A stretch of 64,000 nucleotides of DNA from an uncultured Gammaproteobacteria bacterium (GTDB lineage: Bacteria > Patescibacteriota > Patescibacteriia > Patescibacteriales > WJLG01), in the NCBI GenBank assembly GCA_964547855.1, contig CAZJPG010000001.1, positions 82,632 to 146,631 of the forward strand. The letters are read 5' to 3'. The notes below the pieces were generated by a model that had not been told where the DNA came from, did no database searches, and was given only the letters and a program-made list of their open reading frames with translations. Below, in pieces: positions 54,791 through 63,113 of the stretch. The number at the start of each line of letters is the position of its first letter. Position 1 is the first letter of the stretch. The position numbers and the translations under genes are program-made.

Positions 54791-55843
54791 TTATCTCAAA
54801 TATTTATTTTTGTTGGCCAAGTGCTCATCGTAAGTCTTGGAGAACACGGTCTCGCCAGTATCTGGACGAGACAAGAAAAAATTATAATCGGTGTATATAG
54901 GATCTATAGCCGCTTCAATGGCCTGAATTCCCGGGCTTGATATCGGTCCTGGCGGCAAACCTTTGTATCTATACGTGTTATAAGGAGAATCTATTTGAGT
55001 GTCTTCAAGAGAATAAATGGACTTATTCACTCCAAGAATATAAGCCAAAGAGGCGCAAGATTCTAGTCCTTGTCCATATTTTATACGATCCCAAAAAATA
55101 CCGGCGACGATCCGCATATCCTCTTGGCTCCTAACCTCCTTCTCGACGATCGAAGCCATAGTCACTATCTCGTAGACAGTCTTCCCTTGCTCCTTGATCT
55201 TTTCGCGTAGTTCGGGAGTCAGTTTGTCGTCGAAATTCTCTAACATCTTTAAAACCAAGTCTTCAGTGGAAGCGTTCTTATATAAGCGATAGGTGTCAGG
55301 AAAGAGATATCCCTCAAGTCCACGACAAGCTGGCTTGTCGGCTAAAAAATCAAAACGGGCGGAATAATCTTTGGCTGATGGCGAGTTCTTTCCGCATTCA
55401 TTCATTGGCTCTCCTGCCAAAGAATACAAACTCTGCTCATCGCCCAAACCCCACTCGGACACCTTCTTGGCCAAATCGCGCCTAGTCCAGCCTTCGATGG
55501 CTGTCACCGTCATCTCATCCCTAATAACTTTTCCCGAAGCCAATCTCTCGGCTATCTCTTTGCCGTTCATAGAAGATGAGAGTTCGTATGCCCCGGCCTG
55601 TAATTTTTTATCTAATCCCGACAGCTTGGCATAAAGACGAAAGAAGTATTCCGATCTTGTTAGGCCAGCTTCCTTTAGGCCAAGACTAACCTGTTCCAAT
55701 GACTCGCCTTTTTTAACCGCAAATACCTTATTCTCGCCTTTAGGATCGATCGGCTTATTGACTGCCGCTTCATAAGAGAAATACCCCCAAACACCAAAGG
55801 CTATTATAAAAAACAAAAATATTTTAAAAAGATTTTTAAACAC
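54791..55843 (-). CDS. mltG: Endolytic murein transglycosylase MltG (YceG-like)
   Basis: N-terminal TM. LEGYLFPDTY, MASIVEKE (catalytic Glu context), SPYNTY...GLPPGPI.SPG. GTG start. Confidence 0.9.
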   Translation of the reverse strand: MFKNLFKIFLFFIIAFGVWGYFSYEAAVNKPIDPKGENKVFAVKKGESLEQVSLGLKEAGLTRSEYFFRLYAKLSGLDKKLQAGAYELSSSMNGKEIAERLASGKVIRDEMTVTAIEGWTRRDLAKKVSEWGLGDEQSLYSLAGEPMNECGKNSPSAKDYSARFDFLADKPACRGLEGYLFPDTYRLYKNASTEDLVLKMLENFDDKLTPELREKIKEQGKTVYEIVTMASIVEKEVRSQEDMRIVAGIFWDRIKYGQGLESCASLAYILGVNKSIYSLEDTQIDSPYNTYRYKGLPPGPISSPGIQAIEAAIDPIYTDYNFFLSRPDTGETVFSKTYDEHLANKNKYLR

Positions 55844-55863
55844 AATATTGAAAATTTAAATTA

Positions 55864-56904
55864 TCAAAGATACTGCTCCAAGCCTTCCTCTCTCATTTTC
55901 TTAAGAAGTTTCGTTATGTGTACTACTTCGTCCTTGGGGGCGACTAAGATGGCATCCTTAGTATTGACCACTACCATTCCCTTAAGACCTACAGCGGCCA
56001 AAACCTTACTGTCATCAAGATTATAGAGCAAAGAGTCCTCGGAATGAATCGCGCTCACTTTTCCGTGAATGACATTATCCGTCTGGCTTTTTTCCAAAGC
56101 CTCTTTTAAGGCATAAAGAGTGCCCGGGTCGCTCCAACCCATATTGGTCTTAAGGACCACGGCATTGGACAGATCGAGTCTTTCGATAATAGCTTCATCG
56201 AAATGTAAAGCTTCGGCCAATTCATAGCGTCCAGCGGCGATATGATCATATATCTCCGGGGCTAAGTCCTTATAGCTGTCGAGTAAAAAATCTATTGAAG
56301 TTACGAAATACCCCGGGTTCCAGAAAGCGTTGCCGCTTTTATACATCTCATCGCACTCATCCTGCGGAGGCTTATACTTCCAACCCTCAAAACCATGAAT
56401 ATCACGTCCAGATGATTCCGACCTTCTTTTGCCCACCTTGATCCAACCTAAATTGTTATTAGCGAATCTAGGGCGCTCGGCCAAAAAGATAAAACGTTTT
56501 CCATCCTCTCCTATCAACTGATCGGCCACCAACAAGGCGTCGGTGAACTCATCGGTCCTTTCCATTAAGTGATCTGCCCAGAGCAAGGCGACCGACCCCT
56601 CCTGTCCTCTTTTTTTGAGTTCGTTCATGGCGAAACAAACGGCTGGACCCAAGTCGCGACGATCTGGTTCGACAAAAATATTGTCCTTAGGTAGACCAGG
56701 CAACTGACCGGCTATGGCATCCTTGTATAACGGCGACGTCTGGATGTAGACGTTTTTCGCCCCGAAAGTCGGAGCGATACGATCAAAAGCCAATTGCAAA
56801 GTCGATTTACCACCAAAGATCTTATCGAACTGTTTAGGTGAGTTGACCCTAGAAAGAGGCCAAAGGCGGGTTCCTATCCCGCCAGCGAAAATTACTAATT
56901 TCAT
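55864..56904 (-). CDS. manC: Mannose-1-phosphate guanylyltransferase (nucleotidyltransferase domain only)
   Basis: MKLVIFAGGIGTRLWPLSRVNSPKQF, DHLM, GYFV. 346 aa, no cupin/PMI domain. Confidence 0.82.
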   Translation of the reverse strand: MKLVIFAGGIGTRLWPLSRVNSPKQFDKIFGGKSTLQLAFDRIAPTFGAKNVYIQTSPLYKDAIAGQLPGLPKDNIFVEPDRRDLGPAVCFAMNELKKRGQEGSVALLWADHLMERTDEFTDALLVADQLIGEDGKRFIFLAERPRFANNNLGWIKVGKRRSESSGRDIHGFEGWKYKPPQDECDEMYKSGNAFWNPGYFVTSIDFLLDSYKDLAPEIYDHIAAGRYELAEALHFDEAIIERLDLSNAVVLKTNMGWSDPGTLYALKEALEKSQTDNVIHGKVSAIHSEDSLLYNLDDSKVLAAVGLKGMVVVNTKDAILVAPKDEVVHITKLLKKMREEGLEQYL

Positions 56905-56992
56905 GTTAAAACATCTATTACTAGAACATCGATCATGATATCCATGAAAGGCATTCTAACTAATATGCTTATTTGCTCTTTGTTGTATCCTC

Positions 56993-58906
56993 CTATTTTT
57001 TTGTCTTTATAAAAACTATAGCCTGGTCGCCAGCAGCTGCGCCACTAACTACCTCAATGACCCCACCATCACCCCTAAGGCCGGTCTTGACCGGAGATTC
57101 GACCATCTGGCCATTGCGCAAAAGCCTAATGACTTTACTACCATCGGCTTTATCGACGATCCCTCTTTCGGAGGCCACGGTAACTTGTTCTCTTTTAGCC
57201 GTCACGATCGTTACGTTAGCGGTCATACCAGGCTTGACCATAGATATTTTATCCAAGCCCTCTGTGAATCTTAAAGTTACCTTATAATAAACCACTTCCT
57301 GAATAACGGTCTCAGCTGGATCGATAAAGGTCACGGAAGCTTTGAACTTAACATCTTCACCGAACGCGTCCAAAGTTATCTCCGCCTCGTCACCGACTTT
57401 TACCTTGGCTATATTCGATTCTGATATATCAACTTCTATCTCGTAATTATTCTGACCCAAAAGGGAGAACACGGTCTGTCCAGGGGAGACTTGCTCTCCG
57501 ACCTCGAAATTATCTTTGACTATCTGACCGTCTATAGGAGCCTTCAATAAACTGTCATCGATCTGTTTGTTGACCAGTTCTAAAGCTGCTTGCGCTTGCG
57601 CCACTTGAGAATCGGCTAAAGCCACGTCTTCGCTTCTGGCTGGAGATTTTAATTTTGACAACTGATTTTTAGCCACCGCAAGACCTTCTTTAGATGTCTT
57701 CGTGGCCGAATCGGCGGAAGCGATCTTAGCTTCTCCGCTTAGAGTGACGCTAGACAAGGTATTCTTGGCCGCGGTTATGGCATTATCCAAAGCCACCTGT
57801 GCGCTGCGCAAAGAATTCTCCGCCGTAGAGACGTTAGTGCTATAAGCTATGTAAGCACCATCAAGAGACTGCTTATCTCCTTGCATTAAAGATATAGCTC
57901 CATTAACCGCTGATATTTGAGTGTTGATAGTCGCTTTATAGGTACTCAAAGCTGAAGCGGATATCGTACTAGCCTCAAGCGCCTCATAAAGACTATTCAA
58001 TGAATCAGAAGTGCGATTCAAATAAGCTAAAGTATCGGCCACCGACTTTTTGACTTTATCTTCTACTTTATTCTGTATGGCATTATAAAGAGAGGTATTA
58101 GCCGTAACACCCAAGGCCTCGGCCTCGATATAGGCTGTCTTAGTGTCCTCTAAATATGTTTTATTCTTAGTGCTCAGAGAATCCTTGAGGTCGTCATTGC
58201 TAACTATGGTATCGACATTGTCCAAGGCAGTGTTAGCTATAGCCAGCTTGGCACTGACATCGGCTATGGAATTATCGATAGCATTGTCGATCGCTTTTTG
58301 ATAAGTGGTCTTAGTATTATCGAGCGATGTCTGGGCTGAAGCTACGGCCTGCTCGTAAGTAGTCTGATCAGATGACAATGACGACTGTAAATCATTCAAA
58401 TTCTTCTGCGCCTGACGTATATCTTCAGCAACGGTCTTGTTGACCTTGTCTAAATTAGTAACGGCCGAATCATATGACTTCTGGGCCTCATCGACCTGCG
58501 CCTGCACAACGGCGATATCTGAAGCGGTGGCTCCAGTCAACAGCTTGCTTAAACTAGCCTTAGCCGAAGACAGGCTAGATTCCGCCTGCTGTTTCTGTAT
58601 CAACAACGACTTGTAATCCAATTCCGCCAAGACAGAACCGGCCCTGACCTGGTCTCCGACCTTGACCCACTTGCTGGCAAGTCTGCCGCCAGATAAAAAA
58701 CCTAACTTTACGTCTTCGTTCGCCTTGACCACTCCGACTTCGCTGATGGTTTGTAAGAGATTGACCTTCTTCACCTGCTCGGTCACATACTCCTGATCAT
58801 TTCCCTTCTTCATGAACTTAGCAGAAACAAAAACACCGGCCAACAATAATAAAATGACCGTCACCAATACTTTAAATCTTTTTTTAGTGAAGAATTTCTT
58901 ACTCAT
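56993..58906 (-). CDS. HlyD/MacA-type membrane-fusion (periplasmic adaptor) protein with an unusually long coiled coil
   Basis: N-terminal TM. Lipoyl-like half VVKANEDVKLGF..GRL....VKVGDQVRAGSVLAELD, then ~340 aa of Ala/Gln/Ser/Leu-rich heptad-like sequence, then LKAPIDGQIV..NFEVGEQVSPGQTVFSL and a beta-barrel/MP region. Confidence 0.78.
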   Translation of the reverse strand: MSKKFFTKKRFKVLVTVILLLLAGVFVSAKFMKKGNDQEYVTEQVKKVNLLQTISEVGVVKANEDVKLGFLSGGRLASKWVKVGDQVRAGSVLAELDYKSLLIQKQQAESSLSSAKASLSKLLTGATASDIAVVQAQVDEAQKSYDSAVTNLDKVNKTVAEDIRQAQKNLNDLQSSLSSDQTTYEQAVASAQTSLDNTKTTYQKAIDNAIDNSIADVSAKLAIANTALDNVDTIVSNDDLKDSLSTKNKTYLEDTKTAYIEAEALGVTANTSLYNAIQNKVEDKVKKSVADTLAYLNRTSDSLNSLYEALEASTISASALSTYKATINTQISAVNGAISLMQGDKQSLDGAYIAYSTNVSTAENSLRSAQVALDNAITAAKNTLSSVTLSGEAKIASADSATKTSKEGLAVAKNQLSKLKSPARSEDVALADSQVAQAQAALELVNKQIDDSLLKAPIDGQIVKDNFEVGEQVSPGQTVFSLLGQNNYEIEVDISESNIAKVKVGDEAEITLDAFGEDVKFKASVTFIDPAETVIQEVVYYKVTLRFTEGLDKISMVKPGMTANVTIVTAKREQVTVASERGIVDKADGSKVIRLLRNGQMVESPVKTGLRGDGGVIEVVSGAAAGDQAIVFIKTKK

Positions 58907-58914
58907 CTCTAATT

Positions 58915-59343
58915 TTAAAATTGATATGTATTGCTATCCCCGCCTTCCATGGCCTCACGATTCTCCATTATCCTTTTGACCTTCTCGGCGAACTCTTCGA
59001 CTGAAAAATCATCCTTTAAAAAATATTGATTGGCACCGATAGACAAACCGCGAGCGCGACTATCCTCATCTGAAACATCCGTAAAGACGAATATGTATAT
59101 ATCGGCTATCTCGTCATCCGCCCTGATGGCCTTAATGATCTCGAAGCCGTCCAACTTGGGTAGGATCAAATCCAAGATCACGATCTCGGCGTCGACCTTC
59201 TTGATTTCCATTATAAGATCTTCGATCTCGGTCTCGCCGCCGCGATTCATCTCGGAGAAGAACCCTTTAAGATTGAGTTGATTCTGCAACCCCTTAGAGA
59301 TATTAATGTCATCTTCAATTATAAAAACATTCTGTTTGTCCAT
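58915..59343 (-). CDS. Single-domain response regulator (receiver only)
   Basis: VFIIEDD (acidic pocket), VILDLILPKLDG (phospho-acceptor Asp), VFTD and a conserved Lys in YFLKD. 142 aa, no output domain. Confidence 0.88.
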   Translation of the reverse strand: MDKQNVFIIEDDINISKGLQNQLNLKGFFSEMNRGGETEIEDLIMEIKKVDAEIVILDLILPKLDGFEIIKAIRADDEIADIYIFVFTDVSDEDSRARGLSIGANQYFLKDDFSVEEFAEKVKRIMENREAMEGGDSNTYQF

Positions 59344-59466
59344 ATTTTTAAAGCTTAAAAATGTATTATGATACTTAATAATTATAACACGTACTGAAAA
59401 AATTTGAAAATAAAAAAATAAACGCAGAAACTAAGAAATCAATAGCACAAACACATCGCTCCATTA

Positions 59467-59495
59467 TTGACTTTAAGACAGTTTTATGATATAAA
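59467..59495 (+). promoter_or_regulatory. Sigma70-type promoter of the NUDIX-like gene
   Basis: TTGACT (59467-59472), 17 nt, TATAAA (59490-59495). The TTG used as the ORF-track start is the first three bases of this -35 box. Confidence 0.45.
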
Positions 59496-59538
59496 AAATT
59501 CTCAAGTATTTTTGCACCTTTTAAATCAGGAGGAAGCC

Positions 59539-60186
59539 GTGAATGGATCTATAGAAGCATTTCAGAAAATCGCAAGACAAAAGAAGTTTCAAGGCTGGCC
59601 AATGGTCGATGGATTCGAATTAGGTGAAAAAATTCCTTTTTTCGGACAAGTCCTTAAATATACCTTGCAAACGGGAAATGGCCGAGAAGACTACTATTCT
59701 CTGTTAAGGAATTTTGGCTGGGCCGTAGTATTTGGGGTCACAAAAGAAGAAAAGGTACTAACTTTAGTTCAGTGGAAACCAGGAGTCAACCAGGCTAGCT
59801 GGGAACTCCCGCCTGGTGGCATCGGCAAAATACCAGCAGGCACCAGTGAAGCGGAAATAACCGCTACGACCAAGGAGATATTCTTACGCGAAACCGGTTA
59901 CGGAAAAGGAGATTTCTGCCTGCTGCAAAAAATGTTAGTCGAAACTGGAAAGTATCGCGGCCCCGGACCAAACGACCATGGCCTTCCTGCATATCTCTTC
60001 ATGGCGACAGGGCTTGAAAAAATTCAAAATGCCCGCAGCCCAAATCGCAACGAGATAATGGAAACACTGGAAATACCATTGTCGGACATGCCAGCGGTCA
60101 TCGAATCCGGATTATTCGATGAGATCAGTGCCGTACCTTGTGCCCTTTTAGCTATGATGAAACTTGGCAAATTAAAATGGGTTTAA
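59539..60186 (+). CDS. NUDIX-hydrolase-like protein
   Basis: WELPPGGIGKIPAGTSEAEITATTKEIFLRETGY approximates a Nudix box (GX5EX7REUXEEXGU) with an extended loop. I prefer the GTG at 59539, which has AGGAGG 5 nt upstream. Confidence 0.55.
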   Translation: MNGSIEAFQKIARQKKFQGWPMVDGFELGEKIPFFGQVLKYTLQTGNGREDYYSLLRNFGWAVVFGVTKEEKVLTLVQWKPGVNQASWELPPGGIGKIPAGTSEAEITATTKEIFLRETGYGKGDFCLLQKMLVETGKYRGPGPNDHGLPAYLFMATGLEKIQNARSPNRNEIMETLEIPLSDMPAVIESGLFDEISAVPCALLAMMKLGKLKWV

Positions 60187-60193
60187 AGAACTT

Positions 60194-60228
60194 AAAAGGC
60201 CTCTCCCCCTCAGGGAAAGGCCTTTTTT
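60194..60228. terminator. Strong bidirectional terminator between convergent genes
   Basis: AAAAGGCCTCTCCCcctcaGGGAAAGGCCTTTTtt: 14-bp stem with one mismatch. Confidence 0.78.
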
Positions 60229-60236
60229 ATTTTGTA

Positions 60237-60638
60237 TCAACTCAAAACTTTTTTGATCTTCTCCGCCGCGTCGGCCATTTCATCCGAAGAGAATGATTTA
60301 ACATTTTTCAAATCCAAGCCCTCGTCATGTCCATCGCCCGGAAAACGCGGCACCAACCAGACATGAGCATGAGGAACTTCCTGCCCCATGACTAAGGACA
60401 CGACATAATCGGTTCCGAAAGCTTTCTTTTGAGCATTGGCGATCTTGCCGACGACCTCATAATACGCCCCGATATTCGGTACATCCCAAACCCAGCGATA
60501 ATGTTCTTTTGGTATTACCAAGGCGTGTCCAAGATTTCTTGGTCTAATATCTAAAAAGGCTAAAAAAGAATCATCCTCATAGACCTTGTGGCACGGAATC
60601 TCTCCAGCGACTATTTTACAAAAAATACAATTTTCCAT
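60237..60638 (-). CDS. HIT-family (histidine triad) nucleotide hydrolase/transferase
   Basis: CIFCKI, and the histidine triad HAHVWLVP. 133 aa. Confidence 0.92.
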   Translation of the reverse strand: MENCIFCKIVAGEIPCHKVYEDDSFLAFLDIRPRNLGHALVIPKEHYRWVWDVPNIGAYYEVVGKIANAQKKAFGTDYVVSLVMGQEVPHAHVWLVPRFPGDGHDEGLDLKNVKSFSSDEMADAAEKIKKVLS

Positions 60639-60650
60639 AGTAACTTAAAA

Positions 60651-61631
60651 TTAATTGATCTTCATTAGCCCATTCTGCGCTCCTAGTTTCTTAAGTACTC
60701 CAGCGGCATTCTTCATAGCCATCTTCATGGATTTTTTAATATCGCCGTCAAAGGTCTCCAGGCCGGCTAAAAAGGTGGAGAAGAACGCATCGCCCACGCC
60801 GCAAGTGTCGACTATCTTACTCTTTGGTATGCCTAAAGAAATTTCATGATAATGTCTCTCGCCATCGAAATAATCAGCTCCTTTATCTCCAGAGGTGATG
60901 ATAACTTGTTTTGGGCCCAAGTCCTTTACGGCAGAGAGCAACGATTTCATGTCCTTAGATAATTCTCCTGCTTTTCTTTTGTATTTCCCTTCAGAGATGA
61001 CCAACTCCAAAGCTTCGTCTTTATTCAAGCAAAGCAATTCGGTCCTTTTGAGCCATTTGCAAAGCTTTCCAGCCCCTTCGGCCAATTGAGTCCCGCCAGG
61101 ATTCCAAGCTACCTTAGCGCTTTTGACCGAGAATACTTTATCCAAAATATTTCCCCACTCCCCAGACAAAGAAGAGACAGATATCCACTTAGAATACGAG
61201 AGCATATGGGCTTCAATCTTGTTAAGAGACAGATCATCATTAGCCCCGCGATAAGTAAAGGCGACGTGTTCGCCAGAAGGAGATATCACGATAAGCGAAA
61301 AGCCGGTGTCGCGATGGCGCGCCACTTTTACCAATCTAGTATCGACGCCATTATCGTCTAAATTCTTGATCAATTTCTTGCCGACTTCATCGTCGCCCAC
61401 GGCTGCCGCCAAGCCAACAGTAAACCCAAGCCGCGACAATGACACGGCCACATTATTGGCTCCGCCTCCAGCGAAACGCCCTAAAGCGCTGGCTTTTATT
61501 TTGGCTCCATACTCAAAGCCCAAAAGCCTCTGCCGTAAAATATCTTTGGGGTTTTCTATGATCTGCCCCTCACTAGTATAGAAAGAAATGTCTTCGACCG
61601 CGCCCCCAACAGTTATAAAATCATATTTCAT
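60651..61631 (-). CDS. PfkB-family carbohydrate kinase (ribokinase-like)
   Basis: GGGANNVAV (GG motif) and the C-terminal DTCGVGDAF (anion hole/catalytic Asp). 326 aa. Confidence 0.88.
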   Translation of the reverse strand: MKYDFITVGGAVEDISFYTSEGQIIENPKDILRQRLLGFEYGAKIKASALGRFAGGGANNVAVSLSRLGFTVGLAAAVGDDEVGKKLIKNLDDNGVDTRLVKVARHRDTGFSLIVISPSGEHVAFTYRGANDDLSLNKIEAHMLSYSKWISVSSLSGEWGNILDKVFSVKSAKVAWNPGGTQLAEGAGKLCKWLKRTELLCLNKDEALELVISEGKYKRKAGELSKDMKSLLSAVKDLGPKQVIITSGDKGADYFDGERHYHEISLGIPKSKIVDTCGVGDAFFSTFLAGLETFDGDIKKSMKMAMKNAAGVLKKLGAQNGLMKIN

Positions 61632-61687
61632 AGTTTTATCGTCTAATAATCAGTGTTATGCCTTAATTATAACAAAAATATGCCCAA

Positions 61688-61725
61688 AATAAAAAGCGGC
61701 CACCCATCTAGATGATGAGTGGCCG
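61688..61725 (-). terminator. Rho-independent terminator after the 245-aa orphan gene
   Basis: Minus strand: CGGCCACTCATCatctaGATGGGTGGCCGctttttatttt: 12-bp stem with one mismatch, then a T-run. Confidence 0.72.
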
Positions 61726-61737
61726 TCAAAAGAACGT

Positions 61738-62475
61738 TTAATTACCTTGCATGAATCGCATATTCTCAAACTCCAGAGAATCATCGGGAGGATTGATGTT
61801 GATCCGACCTGCAGGCACGACTTCTTTGGGTGTCGGCTGTTTTGCACCGACTTTCTCGAGAGCGTTGTCGATCAGACTAAGCACCTGGTCATACTGTATC
61901 GCCGCTGTCTGAGCAGTCTCGAAGGAGAGAATGTGATACTGATCGCGAATATGGAACGGAATGTCGTCAATACTGAAAGTAAAGTCCCTGTCAAAATTGA
62001 AGATCGGTCCTGACCCGATGCCATAATCCTCATCGATGTCCATGACCAGCCCCATTGTTTCCTGGGAATCATCGAAAAACTCGTCGATCATAATCCTTGG
62101 GTGCTTGTCCGCACACTTGGCATCGACCAGTTCGGCGATCTCTTTTTCAAGTCCAAGCGACATAATCACGGCTTCCTGTTTTGCCTCCTGCAAAGATTCA
62201 GAGAGATCATCGACGTCATCAAGATCAAGACGATGTCCAACTCTTGTTAGCGGCAAATCAACTATTCTGCCTTCGGACGCTTCGACCCTGCAATCTTCGC
62301 GCATCGTATCAGCATAACCCGGAGAACAAAGGGTGGCGACTATCTCACCGATCTTTTCCCGTGTGGGAAAGCGATAGAACCTCCCTAGTTTGATGTCGAT
62401 AAGATGCAATACGTGGTCTCTTCGACCGTTCTCCTCGACTTCGACTCCGCCGATAAAAAATCTTTTCTTGGTCAT
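61738..62475 (-). CDS. Hypothetical acidic protein (245 aa), no family recognised
   Basis: AAGGAGG lies 8 nt upstream of the ATG at 62475 (MTKKRFFIGG...), which I prefer over the ORF-track start at 62568. Own promoter-like element and terminator. Confidence 0.6.
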   Translation of the reverse strand: MTKKRFFIGGVEVEENGRRDHVLHLIDIKLGRFYRFPTREKIGEIVATLCSPGYADTMREDCRVEASEGRIVDLPLTRVGHRLDLDDVDDLSESLQEAKQEAVIMSLGLEKEIAELVDAKCADKHPRIMIDEFFDDSQETMGLVMDIDEDYGIGSGPIFNFDRDFTFSIDDIPFHIRDQYHILSFETAQTAAIQYDQVLSLIDNALEKVGAKQPTPKEVVPAGRININPPDDSLEFENMRFMQGN

Positions 62476-62558
62476 GATAATGACCTCCTTCTTGGGGTTT
62501 TGATTATTGAAAAAAACGATCCGCACCCTATTTAGCGTACGGAAAAAGCAATACTTAA

Positions 62559-62587
62559 TATATAACACATAAAATGATTTTTGTAAA
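62559..62587 (-). promoter_or_regulatory. Possible promoter of the 245-aa orphan gene
   Basis: Minus strand: TTTACA (62587-62582), 17 nt, TATATA (62564-62559). Confidence 0.35.
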
Positions 62588-62593
62588 TACTAA

Positions 62594-62620
62594 TAAAAAA
62601 GAACCGTTTTGACACGGTCC
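62594..62620 (-). terminator. Probable terminator after the 130-aa orphan gene
   Basis: Minus strand: GGACCGTgtcaaaACGGTTCttttttatt: 7-bp stem with one mismatch, then a T-run. Confidence 0.5.
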
Positions 62621-62644
62621 TAATAGTCGCGATCCCTCTCTCGA

Positions 62645-63037
62645 TCAATCGCTTTTTAAAGATACTTGCTGAATTATTTCAGCAGCGTCATCGGCCGTCA
62701 TGTTTCGGACGTAAAACCCGACATACATTTTCTTTCCTTTAAGCGCAACGCTACCGAAGTGGCCTTTTATCGGTCCATTGCCATTACTTCTATCCACGCA
62801 CCTTACTTCTGTGCCCCTGATCGCCTGCTTGGCTTGAACATTGGCAATATGAAGCAAATGGTCGGAACACCCGCTTGCTGCGGCCTGCGCTAAAACTTTA
62901 CCATCATACCCAATTACGGAGATGGCACGAAACTTTTCCTCGTCGTACTTGCCGATAAAATGATCGACAAAATAATGAACCAAGGAGATGGCATTACTGG
63001 TCTTAATGATGCTGTCAAAAGTTGTTTCTTCAGTCAA
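62645..63037 (-). CDS. Hypothetical protein (130 aa), no family recognised
   Basis: TTG start preceded by AAAAGGGGG with 4-nt spacing. There is no in-frame ATG until near the C-terminus. FRAISVIGYDGKVLAQAAASG faintly recalls Roadblock/LC7 or GlcG-type small alpha/beta domains; this is not a call. Confidence 0.5.
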   Translation of the reverse strand: MTEETTFDSIIKTSNAISLVHYFVDHFIGKYDEEKFRAISVIGYDGKVLAQAAASGCSDHLLHIANVQAKQAIRGTEVRCVDRSNGNGPIKGHFGSVALKGKKMYVGFYVRNMTADDAAEIIQQVSLKSD

Positions 63038-63113
63038 AATACCCCCTTTTTTTATCTTCTATTTAAAAATGTCCAATTTGTAATGAATATAATCGCATAA
63101 TAAATAAAAAATG

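Noticed and set aside
59467-59538. TTG at 59467 as the start of the NUDIX-like gene
   Set aside because: That TTG is the first half of a TTGACT -35 box with a TATAAA -10 box 17 nt later. A GTG at 59539 has AGGAGG 5 nt upstream.
61656-61847. 63-aa minus-strand ORF across the terminator downstream of the 245-aa orphan gene
   Set aside because: It overlaps the 3' end of the better-supported ORF in another frame and runs through the terminator hairpin.
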